From an uncultured Verrucomicrobiota bacterium (GTDB lineage: Bacteria; Verrucomicrobiota; Verrucomicrobiia; CAZIPW01): DNA of 64,000 nucleotides. The notes below the pieces were generated by a model. That model saw only the letters and a program-made list of their open reading frames with translations. It did not search any database and was not told where the DNA came from. Positions 1 through 10,124 of this stretch are shown one piece after another (the stretch's first letter is position 1; each line of letters opens with the position of its first letter). The translations under genes were made by a program, and so were the position numbers. The DNA lies in contig CAZIPW010000003.1 of the NCBI GenBank assembly GCA_964541675.1, positions 22,770-86,769 on the forward strand, written 5' to 3'.

Positions 1-24
1 ACTTTTTTACATTTTTTTACCCAT

Positions 25-363
25 GTGAGGAACCTTATATGCTATAATGCATTCATTATGACAAAAGAGACTCAGTTGCGCTCCATTATTGAGCGGGTCC
101 TTCCTTCTACCATAGCCAGCTTTGAACTGCGCCCCGTACCGGCTTCTGCCCACCAGGCTGCCGCAGATCTGTATAACGCTGTTGACCAATATATGGCGTG
201 CGTCAGTCGCAACCAGCTCTCAGCTTCTCGTCGAGCCGCTGAAAAAATACTTTTGGAGAGCCTGCGCACCCTTATGGCCTACGAGCAATCGGCTCCCTCT
301 AACGTAGATAGCGTAAAGGTTGAGGCAAGGGGTGGGAAGAACGCAGAGAAGACGAGGGTATAA
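25..363 (+). CDS. hypothetical small protein (112 aa); start uncertain (alternative Met at about 58)
   Basis: ORF at window start; no recognisable motif; overlapping antisense ORF 7-189 is less protein-like. Confidence 0.3.
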   Translation: MRNLICYNAFIMTKETQLRSIIERVLPSTIASFELRPVPASAHQAAADLYNAVDQYMACVSRNQLSASRRAAEKILLESLRTLMAYEQSAPSNVDSVKVEARGGKNAEKTRV

Positions 364-585
364 ATACGGGGACAAAAGCTGAAGCCGTGATAGGCTCCGT
401 GGCATACCAAGCCGTGGACTTAGGGCAATACGCCCACGGCTGCAATATGTCGCCCTTCGACTGTCCCGCAGTCGCGGGACTTGCTCAGGGCTTGTCAGCC
501 CACATACCCGATGATACCGGATTGACAAAAGAAGCAGATATGTCGAACAGAGCCGGACGAAATACGGAGCAATAAATTTTCTTGG

Positions 586-969
586 CTACTGGGGTTTCTT
601 TGTGTCTGTGCTGGCCGTCGGCAGCTTGTCAAAAAATGCCAGATGAGAGGTATCGACCTTGATCTGCTGCGGCCGGGTGCTGCTCTCGCGCAAAGCCTGC
701 TGATAAAGTTCCGGTATCTTTGAAAGAGGAAAACTCAGATTGAATTTGACCAGTTGAGAGCGCACCTGCTCCAGGAACAAAGCTGTAGCCTGCGGGGAAC
801 GCGCTGAGAGCATCAACAGGGTCTTGTCGACCAACATACCCTGGTCGAGCATCTTGTAATAATAGACTTCCAGAAGCCAATCGATAAAACGGCTTTCATC
901 CAGTTCTATAGGCTTGTTTTTCAGACGCGGCATAGGCAACCGTCTATGGATACGGACAAAATTGATCAA
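586..969 (-). CDS. hypothetical protein (127 aa)
   Basis: ORF co-directional with and 20 nt upstream of the next minus-strand gene; no motif recognised. Confidence 0.4.
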   Translation of the reverse strand: MINFVRIHRRLPMPRLKNKPIELDESRFIDWLLEVYYYKMLDQGMLVDKTLLMLSARSPQATALFLEQVRSQLVKFNLSFPLSKIPELYQQALRESSTRPQQIKVDTSHLAFFDKLPTASTDTKKPQ

Positions 970-988
970 GAGCTTATCCGTAAATACT

Positions 989-1585
989 CTAGTATACCCC
1001 GATCACGGGTTTGTTCTTGATGCCGCTATGTTCGAGCAGATACGCGCGCAACTTGTGCACGTCCTCAACAAATTCCAGATGGAAAATGTCATTGCTGGCA
1101 GTGCGCACAAAGACATCCCCTCCACCAAAGACATACTGAAAGATGGTCTTTTTGACATCCACATCATAAATCAGATTCAAGGCCACGGTATGATCCGTTC
1201 TTTGAAAAAAACAAAATGGATTCCAGGAGAATTTGCCACGGGTAACAATAAGGATGCCATCCTCTATGACAAAGCGCGTGGTCTGCAGCCCAATATAGCT
1301 TCTTGAGATGCTTAACAAAACCATCAGGACACCCAACATCCCCAGGTAATGCGTGGTACCCCACTCGTATATACTCTGAAATAAGCCCGCCACAAACGGC
1401 ACTATAGAGAGCCAAGTATAGACGTGCGAGGCAAACACTTCACTCTGGAAAAGGCATATCAAAACAATCCCTCCCCAAAAAAGACCGCTATCCAGAATAT
1501 GAAAGAGAAAAAAGCTCTTTATCGGGCCGAGCCAGTATGCCTCCGGCATCTCTGAGCTTTTTTCCTGCGCCTTTTCATCCGCCAT
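989..1585 (-). CDS. membrane protein with bacterial PH-like domain (YdbS/YdbT-like, bPH_2)
   Basis: Two N-terminal hydrophobic helices (LFHILDSGLFWGGIVLICLF, LSIVPFVAGLF..LGVLMVLLSI) followed by a soluble domain of about 100 aa; this architecture is typical of the bPH_2 family. Confidence 0.5.
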   Translation of the reverse strand: MADEKAQEKSSEMPEAYWLGPIKSFFLFHILDSGLFWGGIVLICLFQSEVFASHVYTWLSIVPFVAGLFQSIYEWGTTHYLGMLGVLMVLLSISRSYIGLQTTRFVIEDGILIVTRGKFSWNPFCFFQRTDHTVALNLIYDVDVKKTIFQYVFGGGDVFVRTASNDIFHLEFVEDVHKLRAYLLEHSGIKNKPVIGVY

Positions 1586-1631
1586 ATGCCTATTCTACAT
1601 GAGAACTACCATCCCAGGCAAGATATAAACC

Positions 1632-2918
1632 CTATTTGAAAATCTGTACTTTCGCTTTACCCATAATGGCCAATCCTCCCTTTCCCATGGTGTCGGCGTG
1701 TCGCTGCAAGTCACCTATCTTCTCATGAACAAGCCGCCGCAAAGATGCCTTGCGGATAGGAAGACCGTTCAAACCCGACAGAACCACTTGATGAACAAGC
1801 GGTAACTCTTCCACCAGTTTGCCCAGAAGATCAAAAAAAACCTTTCTATCAGCCTTCTCGTCTGAAGGAACATCCTCCTCGTGACTTTTGTCAGCGATCA
1901 AATCCCCTCTCTCCTGCCCATCCTGATCGGAGTCGCCCCCGATGGAGGCGTGTATCGAGACTGTCTCCGGGTACAGGCGGCGGAGTTCCTGGACTTCCTC
2001 CACACTCAAACCGGTTCTACTGGCGATCGTCTCATCGTCCACACTGCGCCCAAAAAGCTTTTCCGTCGAAGTCATGATCTGCTGCGGAATCCGCTGTGTT
2101 TTATCCTTGTTATCTTCCTGTGCCTGCAGAATCTCCATCTCCGCTCTCTGTACAATCTTCTTGCGCTGGCGTTTGTACACGGGAGTCCTGATGGTTTCGG
2201 AAAGGTTGTCCAAGGCGCGGCGGATCTTGGCCTGTATCCAGCTGGCCGCCAAGGTTGACAACTGATTGTTCAGACACGGATTAAATTTATCTATGGCAGC
2301 AAGCAACCCCGTGTTGCCTTCCTGCACCAGCTCGTCAAGATCCAGCTTGCAATGAAACGACTGGAAACGCCTCGCAATCTCGGCCACCAATCGCCAGTTG
2401 CCTTTGAAGAGCGTTTCCCTGTCCAAATCGGCAGCCGATATCAGCCCGGCTATTTTTTTGATAAGCGTAACCGTTTCTCTTTCCTTCAGAAGAAAGACCT
2501 GCTTGGGGCCATTGGTAGCGTACGCTGCAATGGCCGATAGCAGGGCATAGTCAAACCCCGTCATCAATTCCCGTAGTTGGGTCTTGATAATCCGCATCGG
2601 CTCCTTTTCGGAATGCTCAAAGGCCTGCCTGAATTCCATCAATATGCGGGCTATCTGTCGTAACTGCAGGCCTTTCAATCTTGAAACACGTTTTGCCGAA
2701 TCTTCCAAGGCCTCTTCAGCGTCACTCTCGGTGCCATGCAGCTCCAGCTCGTGGGCAAAATAACGGTACAACGGAACCATGTATTCCAAAAGCGCATCAA
2801 TGATTTGCTGCTGTTTGGCATAAAAACTCTTCAGAAGTTCCTCCCTTCTCTCAGCCGTCATCGGCGGATAGTTGGAAAGCTTCTGATAAAAAGAGCCACT
2901 GGCGTTTGATTCCGACAC
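1632..2918 (-). CDS. sigma-70 family RNA polymerase sigma factor (428 aa)
   Basis: Region 2 motif DLVQEGNTGLLAAIDKF, region 3 motif ETIRTPVYK, C-terminal HTH region ETIASRTGLSVEEVQELRR; group 1/2-like rather than a short FliA. Confidence 0.8.
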   Translation of the reverse strand: MSESNASGSFYQKLSNYPPMTAERREELLKSFYAKQQQIIDALLEYMVPLYRYFAHELELHGTESDAEEALEDSAKRVSRLKGLQLRQIARILMEFRQAFEHSEKEPMRIIKTQLRELMTGFDYALLSAIAAYATNGPKQVFLLKERETVTLIKKIAGLISAADLDRETLFKGNWRLVAEIARRFQSFHCKLDLDELVQEGNTGLLAAIDKFNPCLNNQLSTLAASWIQAKIRRALDNLSETIRTPVYKRQRKKIVQRAEMEILQAQEDNKDKTQRIPQQIMTSTEKLFGRSVDDETIASRTGLSVEEVQELRRLYPETVSIHASIGGDSDQDGQERGDLIADKSHEEDVPSDEKADRKVFFDLLGKLVEELPLVHQVVLSGLNGLPIRKASLRRLVHEKIGDLQRHADTMGKGGLAIMGKAKVQIFK

Positions 2919-2995
2919 AATATCTAGGTCATGAACGGCTCTTTGCTCCCCAGTATAAAGAGGTATAAAACAATATCCCCTTGTACAATCGGATG

Positions 2996-3406
2996 TTATA
3001 TGTATTTACGCAACTCCTCTATGGAGGGAGAGGCATACTCTTTCGTCGTCCACAGCGGAGAAAACTGCTGGGCATGCCGGGCCATCACCCGTAATTGTTC
3101 AATATCAAGTTTTGCCAACCGCGAGAACAGAACGACTTTTAAACGCAGAAACTCTTCGCGGTTTTGGTAAAAACTCACTCTCATTCGCGCATAGATCCTA
3201 GGTAGGTCATCCAAACTGTCATCAGAGGCGCCTAGCGCGTGCAGGTAACGCCCGATGGGGTAGCCCAGTTGAATCAAGGCCTCTATGGCCTGCGAAGAGA
3301 AAGCATTGGAACTATCAGCACCATTGGGGAGACGAATCTCCGCCTGTGCGCGAACGAGGAGCCGGGAAGCGGAGGTATTCTTCTCAAAGGTTTTTGCGGG
3401 GAACAT
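2996..3406 (-). CDS. hypothetical protein (136 aa) lying between gpmI and the sigma factor gene
   Basis: ORF co-directional with its neighbours; no motif recognised. Confidence 0.4.
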   Translation of the reverse strand: MFPAKTFEKNTSASRLLVRAQAEIRLPNGADSSNAFSSQAIEALIQLGYPIGRYLHALGASDDSLDDLPRIYARMRVSFYQNREEFLRLKVVLFSRLAKLDIEQLRVMARHAQQFSPLWTTKEYASPSIEELRKYI

Positions 3407-3564
3407 AGAATCCTATAAACGGCATTCCTGCCATCTTTTTAAGAGGACTCTATCAGAGAGCATCAAATATTCCTCATCGAGGGATATGGCGTCGCAAAAC
3501 ATCCACGTCCAAAGGCATCCGGCACTATTCTCGACGGTAACCGCAAGCCAGGCTCTACGTAATA

Positions 3565-5130
3565 TTACTGCCTGACAAGAAGCGACTTTCCAGTCATTTC
3601 CATCGGCTGGGCAAGCCCCATCAGCTGTAGAACGGTCGGGGCCACATCGGCCAGACGTCCTCCTATGGGATCCAAAAAGTAGTCATTGGCCCCATACAGG
3701 AGTGCTTCCACGTCAAAAACGGTATGCGAGGTATGCGGACTTTTATTTACCACATCGTACATCTGCTCGCAGTTTCCATGGTCGGCTATGATAAGCGCCT
3801 TGCCTTTTATCGCGTCAACGGCTGCCAAGATCTTCTGGAGACCCATGTCCACCGCCTCGGCGGCGGCCATAGCCGCCGACAACGATCCCGTATGCCCTAC
3901 CATGTCGCCATTGGCAAAATTAATGATGACCAGCGCGTATTTTCCGCTCAGTATGGCTTTGGCCGTCGCTTCGGCCACACCAGACGCAGACATCTCCGGC
4001 TTTTGATCGTACGTCTTCACCTCCCTGGGACTTTGGATTAGTTCACGGTCCTCGCCCGGAAAGGGCTCTTCGCGATAATCATTGAAGAAAAAGGTCACGT
4101 GTGGATACTTCTCCGTCTCGGCACAACGGAACTGCTTAAGCCCCGCCTTGCTGATTACTTCTCCCAATATATTTTTCATAGGTTCGGGCTTGGAAAAAAT
4201 GATATTGGGACACAGCCCTTTTTCATATTCGGTCATTGTGGCATAAAAGAGATCCAGCTTTCTGCCACGATCAAAATTAGTAAACGTCTCATCTATGAAA
4301 GCTCTTGTTATCTCTCGCGGACGATCGCCGCGATAGTTGTAAAAGATCACCGAGTCGCCATCTTTGACGATTCCCACCGGGCTGCCGTTTTTGTCAACAA
4401 TCTGCGTCGGGTAGATAAACTCATCCCCCTTCTGGGTCTCCCCCAGAGGATTATGGTAGTACTCCTCCACGGCTTCTAGTGCGCTCTTGGCCGTCTTCGT
4501 GACCCTGCGATTGGTCATCACATCGTAGGCTGGTTGCACACGGTCCCATCGCTTGTCGCGATCCATTGCCCAGTAGCGTCCGGAAACTGTTGCGATCTTG
4601 CCAAGGCCTATTGTCCTGAGGTTCTTCTCAATGCCTTCCACATATCCCTTACCGGAGGTCGGAGGGCTGTCACGTCCGTCCATAAAGCAGTGAACGAAAA
4701 CTTCCCCGACTCCCGCGTCCTTGGCTATCTTTATAAGTCCCTCCATGTGGCTGATAAGCCCGTGAACGCCGATTTCCGAAGTCAGCCCCATTAGATGCAG
4801 CGCGCCGCCCAGCCGGGTTCGTTCAAAAGCCTTTAGAAGGACTTCGTTGTTTTTGAAATACTCAGAACGGAGAGCCTTGTTGATCCGCACAATCTCCTGA
4901 TCCACAATGCGCCCGGCGCCAATATTCTGGTGGCCCACCTCGCTGTTGCCCATGACATCCACGGGTAATCCCACGTCAAGTCCACTCGTGCGCAGCATTG
5001 TGCGCGGGCAATCTCTGCTGAGTTCGTGCGAAAATGGGATATTGCCAAGTCTAACGGCATTGAATTGGTCGTGGGACGGATGCGGATTTTCTCCCCAACC
5101 ATCGCGGATAATCAGAACAACAGGAGTCAT
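3565..5130 (-). CDS. gpmI: 2,3-bisphosphoglycerate-independent phosphoglycerate mutase
   Basis: 521 aa; N-terminus MTPVVLIIRDGWG, metal-site motifs (NSEVGHQNIGAGR, ADHGNCE) and length typical of iPGM. Confidence 0.9.
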   Translation of the reverse strand: MTPVVLIIRDGWGENPHPSHDQFNAVRLGNIPFSHELSRDCPRTMLRTSGLDVGLPVDVMGNSEVGHQNIGAGRIVDQEIVRINKALRSEYFKNNEVLLKAFERTRLGGALHLMGLTSEIGVHGLISHMEGLIKIAKDAGVGEVFVHCFMDGRDSPPTSGKGYVEGIEKNLRTIGLGKIATVSGRYWAMDRDKRWDRVQPAYDVMTNRRVTKTAKSALEAVEEYYHNPLGETQKGDEFIYPTQIVDKNGSPVGIVKDGDSVIFYNYRGDRPREITRAFIDETFTNFDRGRKLDLFYATMTEYEKGLCPNIIFSKPEPMKNILGEVISKAGLKQFRCAETEKYPHVTFFFNDYREEPFPGEDRELIQSPREVKTYDQKPEMSASGVAEATAKAILSGKYALVIINFANGDMVGHTGSLSAAMAAAEAVDMGLQKILAAVDAIKGKALIIADHGNCEQMYDVVNKSPHTSHTVFDVEALLYGANDYFLDPIGGRLADVAPTVLQLMGLAQPMEMTGKSLLVRQ

Positions 5131-5188
5131 AGACGCCAGCTTCTCCTATTCAAGGCCTTTTGGCAAGCCGATCCTCGCAAGCATCCCA

Positions 5189-6097
5189 CTATCCGCCGAT
5201 CAGCTTGAGCGCTATTTGGCTTTGGGAGTTGGCCTGTGCCAGCATCGAGGCACCGGACTGCACCAGGATCTGGTACTTGGCGTAGTTTGTGGACTCGGAA
5301 GCCACATCGACATCGGCAATCTGACTGTTGGCACTCTCCAGATTCTGCTCGTTGGTCGTCAGGATCTCGGTGGCGAAATTCAGTTGGCTGGTATATGCAC
5401 CGTTTTGAGCACGCAAGGTGGCGATTTCCTGAATGGCAGACGTGATTGTCCCCAAGGAAATACCGTTGCCCAAACCATTCGCAATGTTGTCCGTGGACTC
5501 CCCTGGCATCAGTTCACCACCTACTTTATAGAAATTGGTGGAGGGGTCGTCGATAGCTGGTTTTGCAATGTCCACCTTTTGACTTCCATCGGCAGAGATC
5601 GCAACTGACAGCGTGCCGGCCGGTATAGCAAACAGAGAGACACCGTTAAAGTCGCTCTGCGTAATACTATTCAGCTGACCCTGTAATTGTTTAAATTCAG
5701 TCTCATAATTGGCTTTATCTGAAGAAGACTTGGTCACGTCGTTGTAGAGGGTTGCCAACTGTGACATACGGTTCAGGATGTTGCCTGCCGTCTGGAGTGA
5801 ACCATCCTGCGTCTGGAGAAAAGAAATGGCGTTGGCTACATTCGACTGGACTGCCTGCGTACTACTGATGGAAGCTTGCAGCTTCATCGACACGGCAAGA
5901 CCACCGGGGTCATCCGAGGGGGTAACGATCTTGGAACCGCTTGAAAGGCGGGCGAGTGATTTTTGCAGGGCAGTTTCACTGTTCTGCAGATTGATCGCTG
6001 CGGCCGACGCAGCCGTATTTGTATTTATGACGATTGACATATATCTTCCTTGACTGGCCTTCCCGCCATTCCTTGGCGGGCTCGTGTTCAGAAACAC
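5189..6097 (-). CDS. flagellin (paralog 1, 302 aa)
   Basis: N-terminus INTNTAASAAAINLQNSE..LARLSSGSKIVTPSDDPGGLAVS and C-terminus ADVDVASESTNYAKYQILVQSGASMLAQANSQSQIALKL match the conserved flagellin D0/D1 helices; the central region differs from paralogs 2-4. Confidence 0.85.
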   Translation of the reverse strand: MFLNTSPPRNGGKASQGRYMSIVINTNTAASAAAINLQNSETALQKSLARLSSGSKIVTPSDDPGGLAVSMKLQASISSTQAVQSNVANAISFLQTQDGSLQTAGNILNRMSQLATLYNDVTKSSSDKANYETEFKQLQGQLNSITQSDFNGVSLFAIPAGTLSVAISADGSQKVDIAKPAIDDPSTNFYKVGGELMPGESTDNIANGLGNGISLGTITSAIQEIATLRAQNGAYTSQLNFATEILTTNEQNLESANSQIADVDVASESTNYAKYQILVQSGASMLAQANSQSQIALKLIGG

Positions 6098-6185
6098 TAG
6101 ACCCTTGTTTCTATATTTCGACTGATCCTTTTCAGACTTAAGGCACTCTTGTCAATTATATAATAGGCATATATATCAGCAATCG

Positions 6186-7016
6186 CTATAACAACAGCTT
6201 GAGGGCTACCTGGCTTTGGGAATTGGCTTGGGCCAACATCGTGGCGCCGGTTTGTACCAAAATCTGGTACTTGGCATAGTTTGTGGACTCTGAAGCCACG
6301 TCAACATCAGCTATCTGGCTATTTGCCGCTTGCAGATTCTGGGCATTCGTCGTCAGGATCTGGCTGGCAAAATTCAACTGACTGGTGTAAGCACCGTTCT
6401 GGGCTCGGAAGGTCGCTATTTCTTGGATGGCGTCTGTAATCTGCCCCAGTGAGATACCCCCCGTGGCCAACCCCGCTGTGCTAGTCTCAACGGTCCTATA
6501 CGTCTGGCCGGTATCGGCAGAAGCAAGATATGGCTTTGTAATGGTAACCTTCTGGGTCCCATCTGCGGAAGTGGTAACTATCAGGCTTGACGAGTGGCTG
6601 GAACCAAAGAGTGAAACACCGTTGAAGTTCCCTGCATCAATACTACTCAGCTGCTGTTGGAGCTGGGCAAATTCAGTCTGATAGTTGGTTTTGTCTGAGG
6701 AAGATTTAGTCACGTCATTGTAGAGGGTCGCCAATTGCGACATACGATTCAGGATGTTGCCTGCCGTCTGGAGTGAGCCATCCTGCGTTTGGAGAAACGA
6801 AATGGCATTTGCCACGTTTGACTGGACGGCCTGCGTGCTGTTCACCTCGGCGGCCAGTTTCATCGAGACTGCCAGACCTCCAGGATCGTCCGAAGGAGCC
6901 ACAATCTTTGAACCGCTGGAAAGCCGTGAAAGCGATTTCTCAAGGCTATATTCGCTGTTTTGCAAATTGATTGCGGCTGCGGAGGCGGCTGTATTTGTAT
7001 TAATAGCAATCGACAT
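6186..7016 (-). CDS. flagellin (paralog 2, 276 aa)
   Basis: Same conserved N- and C-terminal flagellin helices as paralog 1. Confidence 0.85.
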   Translation of the reverse strand: MSIAINTNTAASAAAINLQNSEYSLEKSLSRLSSGSKIVAPSDDPGGLAVSMKLAAEVNSTQAVQSNVANAISFLQTQDGSLQTAGNILNRMSQLATLYNDVTKSSSDKTNYQTEFAQLQQQLSSIDAGNFNGVSLFGSSHSSSLIVTTSADGTQKVTITKPYLASADTGQTYRTVETSTAGLATGGISLGQITDAIQEIATFRAQNGAYTSQLNFASQILTTNAQNLQAANSQIADVDVASESTNYAKYQILVQTGATMLAQANSQSQVALKLLL

Positions 7017-7154
7017 ATATCATCCTTGATTTGAGCGGTTTCATCCCTGGAGCCGTTGGTAATGCAGTTATATTAATCGGATAACATATAGTATATTAAC
7101 ACGCGTGTATGAGTTTCCTGTAAAATCACTATTAAAATACAATTCTCCCACCCG

Positions 7155-8786
7155 CTAAGAGTGCAATGTCTTAGATGCTTCAAGGTTTCCCCGCAGAACA
7201 TTTGACTGTTGTATGTATGAGTCAGCCAGCTGCTCCAACTCCATCAAACACGTATCCCAAAAAGTCAGCCTGGTCTCTATCGGCGGGAAAAGATATGGCA
7301 TAATTTTAAGCGAGTATGCTCCCAACATCATTCCATTGGCAGAATCTGAAAATATATGTCTTAGTCTCTGGATAACTTCCTGCAAGTTTCCGGTTTTAGC
7401 CAGGGCCGCCAGATGAGGCATCATAGCCCGCAGCGCTTCCCCAAATCGCAGAATCTTGTTTGCAATCTGCTGGTCCCTGTCCGAAGAAATACCCTGCGGA
7501 ACAGGTAGTTTTGCCAGCAACGATTCCTTATCTATCGGGGGGCTATGCAGGACAAATTCCCCCGGACGCAATACCGTTGTATTACGCAATCTGGCACCAC
7601 GATCGGAGACAACTATTACTCTCCCAGTCGGATAGGAGGCTATTCTCTGATCCAAGGCGCGCCAATCTCCTATGACATGGGTGGGAATCTCTGCTTCGAA
7701 ATTCCCGGGAACCATGGGAAATTCCTGCTGCGCGTTAAAACCGGAATTGGCATACGTATTTGCATCCACCTCACCATGATGACGCTGCACAGAACCCTGA
7801 CTGGTGGCTGACGTGCTTAGTGAGAGATCCATCCCCAGAATATAAATTGGTGAACAGCCCATGAAATAGGCCAGCTCTATGGCAGTCGCGCCACAGTTAT
7901 CGCATACCGAGCTTGCCGTTTTAGAGACCCCCTGAGCCGCCAGCCAATCCAGCGTCAACTGATTTCCTGACAAATAGTACCGAGTTGGACGTGGCAGAAC
8001 ATCTGACCAATCTGGAGGACTGATGGCCGTTAAAATGGCCCGGCCGGGGACCATCACACCCGGAGGCAAACATTTCGCCGCTGTTTTGGCCACATCTACG
8101 GAAACCATGAAATCGGCTCGGACCCCCATGTTTGAAAGAGCCTTAAGCGAAGAGTCCCCGGCAAATATTACTCCCCTGTCAGCCAAGCGAGCCAATTCCG
8201 GTGCGGACACAGAGAATGATGGCCCAGCACCACAGACAAAAGCAGGAATCCCGGATAAGGCACCTTTCCAGTTATTTGGCAAACGACGGCTCATATACTC
8301 CGTCATATTATTGATGAGATTAGACTGCCACGCAAAGGCGTCCTGCTGTCTTGTTACGCGTATACGGTACTCTTCCTCCAAGAGCGAAACCACGCCCTCA
8401 ATCATTGTCGCATAGTGGTCTTGGAACTTCGTTGGAATCTGCTTTGTGATATACAAGGAAGGCATAAGCCTGGGCGTCTTAATCAAGAAAGTCCCCAAGA
8501 TCTCGCGCCAATTCACATCTTTTGTGACAGGCAGACGTTCCCAATACTTGCAGCCTGAAAATATCCGTTTCGATACATCGACAGCTCCTTCATCATCCAC
8601 TATCCACAACAGGCGCTCCATCGGCCCAATCTCGCGCATATGATCTCCCTGCGCGCGCCCAATCAGGATACAACTATCTGCTCCCTGAAAAGATTTCTTT
8701 GTATGGAAGTCGCCCATTGTTCTTACCTTCAAGATGTCAGGGGTATAAAGAACCGTCAAACGCAAAACCTGCCCAGTGTCATTCAA
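7155..8786 (-). CDS. motility accessory factor-like protein (Maf/DUF115, 6-hydroxymethylpterin diphosphokinase MptE-like fold); putative flagellin glycosyltransferase
   Basis: Central motif FVCGAGPSFS..VIFAGDSSLKAL..ADFMVSVD matches the DUF115 signature (GxGPS ... vD); 543 aa; sits inside the flagellin array; paralog of the 57963-59807 gene. N-terminal start uncertain because the terminator of flagellin 3 lies at the annotated start. Confidence 0.65.
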   Translation of the reverse strand: MNDTGQVLRLTVLYTPDILKVRTMGDFHTKKSFQGADSCILIGRAQGDHMREIGPMERLLWIVDDEGAVDVSKRIFSGCKYWERLPVTKDVNWREILGTFLIKTPRLMPSLYITKQIPTKFQDHYATMIEGVVSLLEEEYRIRVTRQQDAFAWQSNLINNMTEYMSRRLPNNWKGALSGIPAFVCGAGPSFSVSAPELARLADRGVIFAGDSSLKALSNMGVRADFMVSVDVAKTAAKCLPPGVMVPGRAILTAISPPDWSDVLPRPTRYYLSGNQLTLDWLAAQGVSKTASSVCDNCGATAIELAYFMGCSPIYILGMDLSLSTSATSQGSVQRHHGEVDANTYANSGFNAQQEFPMVPGNFEAEIPTHVIGDWRALDQRIASYPTGRVIVVSDRGARLRNTTVLRPGEFVLHSPPIDKESLLAKLPVPQGISSDRDQQIANKILRFGEALRAMMPHLAALAKTGNLQEVIQRLRHIFSDSANGMMLGAYSLKIMPYLFPPIETRLTFWDTCLMELEQLADSYIQQSNVLRGNLEASKTLHS

Positions 8787-8821
8787 AAAAATAGGAGGGG
8801 TGTCCTCTCGAACACCCCTCC
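8784..8821 (-). terminator. rho-independent terminator downstream of flagellin paralog 3
   Basis: 10-bp GC-rich inverted repeat GGAGGGGTGT/ACACCCCTCC (8794-8821) followed on the minus strand by the U-tract CUAUUUUUUUG. Confidence 0.6.
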
Positions 8822-8861
8822 CGAACTTAGGTTAGGCGGAATAGACTTAACTCAACTGAGC

Positions 8862-9722
8862 TTAGCTTCCGATGAGTTTCAGAGCAATCTGGCTCTGGGA
8901 ATTGGCCTGGGCCAACATTGAAGCGCCGGACTGCACCAGGATCTGGTACTTGGCGTAATTTGTGGACTCAGAAGCCACGTCAACGTCAGCAATCTGGCTG
9001 TTGGCGCTCTCCAGATTCTGCTCGTTGGTTGTCAGAATCTGGCTGGCGAAGTTCAACTGGCTGGTATAGGCACCGTTCTGGGCTCGGAAGGTCGCTATCT
9101 CTTGAATAGCGTCCGTGATCTGCCCCAGCGAGATACCTCCGGAGGCCAATCCCGCGGTGCTGGTCTCAACAGTGTTATAGGTCTTGCCGGTAGAAGTATC
9201 GGCCACATAAGGCTTGGTGATGGTCACCTTTTGAGAACCATCGGCCGAAATGGCAACACTGAGTGTATCACCCGATGCACCGAAGAGAGAGACACCGTTG
9301 AAGGTTCCCTGGTCGATGCTCTTGAGCTGATCTTGCAGCTGGGCAAACTCAGTCTGGTAGTTGGCCTTGTCTGAAGAAGACTTGGTCACGTCGTCGTAGA
9401 GGGTCGCCAATTGCGACATACGGTTCAAGATGTTTCCCGCCGTCTGCAGCGAGCCGTCCTGTGTCTGGAGGAACGAGATCGCGTTCGCGACATTGGATTG
9501 GACAGCCTGCGTGTTGTTGATGGAAGCTTGCAGCTTCATCGACACGGCAAGACCACCGGGGTCATCCGAAGGAGTAACAATCTTCGAACCGCTTGAGAGG
9601 CGGGAGAGTGACTTCTGCAAACTCGCTTCAGAGTTCTGCAGATTGATAGCGGCGGCTGAAGCCGCGGTGTTTGTATTTATGACGATTGACATATTTATCT
9701 TCCTTGATTGAGATTGCGTCAT
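8862..9722 (-). CDS. flagellin (paralog 3, 286 aa)
   Basis: Conserved flagellin termini; near-identical to paralog 4 along the whole length. Confidence 0.85.
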   Translation of the reverse strand: MTQSQSRKINMSIVINTNTAASAAAINLQNSEASLQKSLSRLSSGSKIVTPSDDPGGLAVSMKLQASINNTQAVQSNVANAISFLQTQDGSLQTAGNILNRMSQLATLYDDVTKSSSDKANYQTEFAQLQDQLKSIDQGTFNGVSLFGASGDTLSVAISADGSQKVTITKPYVADTSTGKTYNTVETSTAGLASGGISLGQITDAIQEIATFRAQNGAYTSQLNFASQILTTNEQNLESANSQIADVDVASESTNYAKYQILVQSGASMLAQANSQSQIALKLIGS

Positions 9723-9981
9723 CCATGACGCGTGGGCTACCGATTATGGCCCGGCAACCAGCCAACTAACCACATAACTGGGGGTAGAGTTCGGTGATCC
9801 TTTATTAAAATTAAGCACATAATATATTTTACTTTTTTTTAATCATTGGGGATTCCACATAATTGGAACACCGGAATACCCGTTGTTGTGAAAACTCTTC
9901 CTATTGACCCCGCCCTCGTTAAGAAATTTTCCAAATTCCTCCAAGATTTGCATCGGAAATCTCCAATGTATAAAATAGTTA

Positions 9982-10007
9982 GGGGCGTCTCTCGCAAGAG
10001 ACGCCCC
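9982..10007 (-). terminator. second terminator-like hairpin carrying the conserved flanking motif GAACTTAGGTYAGG
   Basis: Perfect 10-bp inverted repeat GGGGCGTCTC/GAGACGCCCC with a 6-nt loop; on the minus strand it is followed by UAACUAUUUUAUAC; its flanking 20-mer is 18/20 identical to the one at the flagellin 3 terminator. Confidence 0.4.
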
Positions 10008-10124
10008 AGAACTTAGGTCAGGTGGAATGATTACTATACTAACCTTCTTCTATGGCACAGGCAGTCGCCACGCCCCTTTTATTAGAGCCGGCCTTCATGG
10101 AAGAAGGATCCGCAACTGGCGGAT

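Noticed and set aside
4907-5608. 233-aa plus-strand ORF spanning the gpmI 5' end and the flagellin 1 3' end
   Set aside because: It lies antisense to two well-supported genes and crosses their intergenic region, so it is spurious
7155-8786. Full-length Maf ORF starting at 8786
   Set aside because: Not rejected as a gene. The annotated start overlaps the flagellin 3 terminator (8784-8821), so the true start is probably an internal Met (for example MGDFHTKK or MREIGPMER). The coordinates are kept as in the ORF track with reduced confidence
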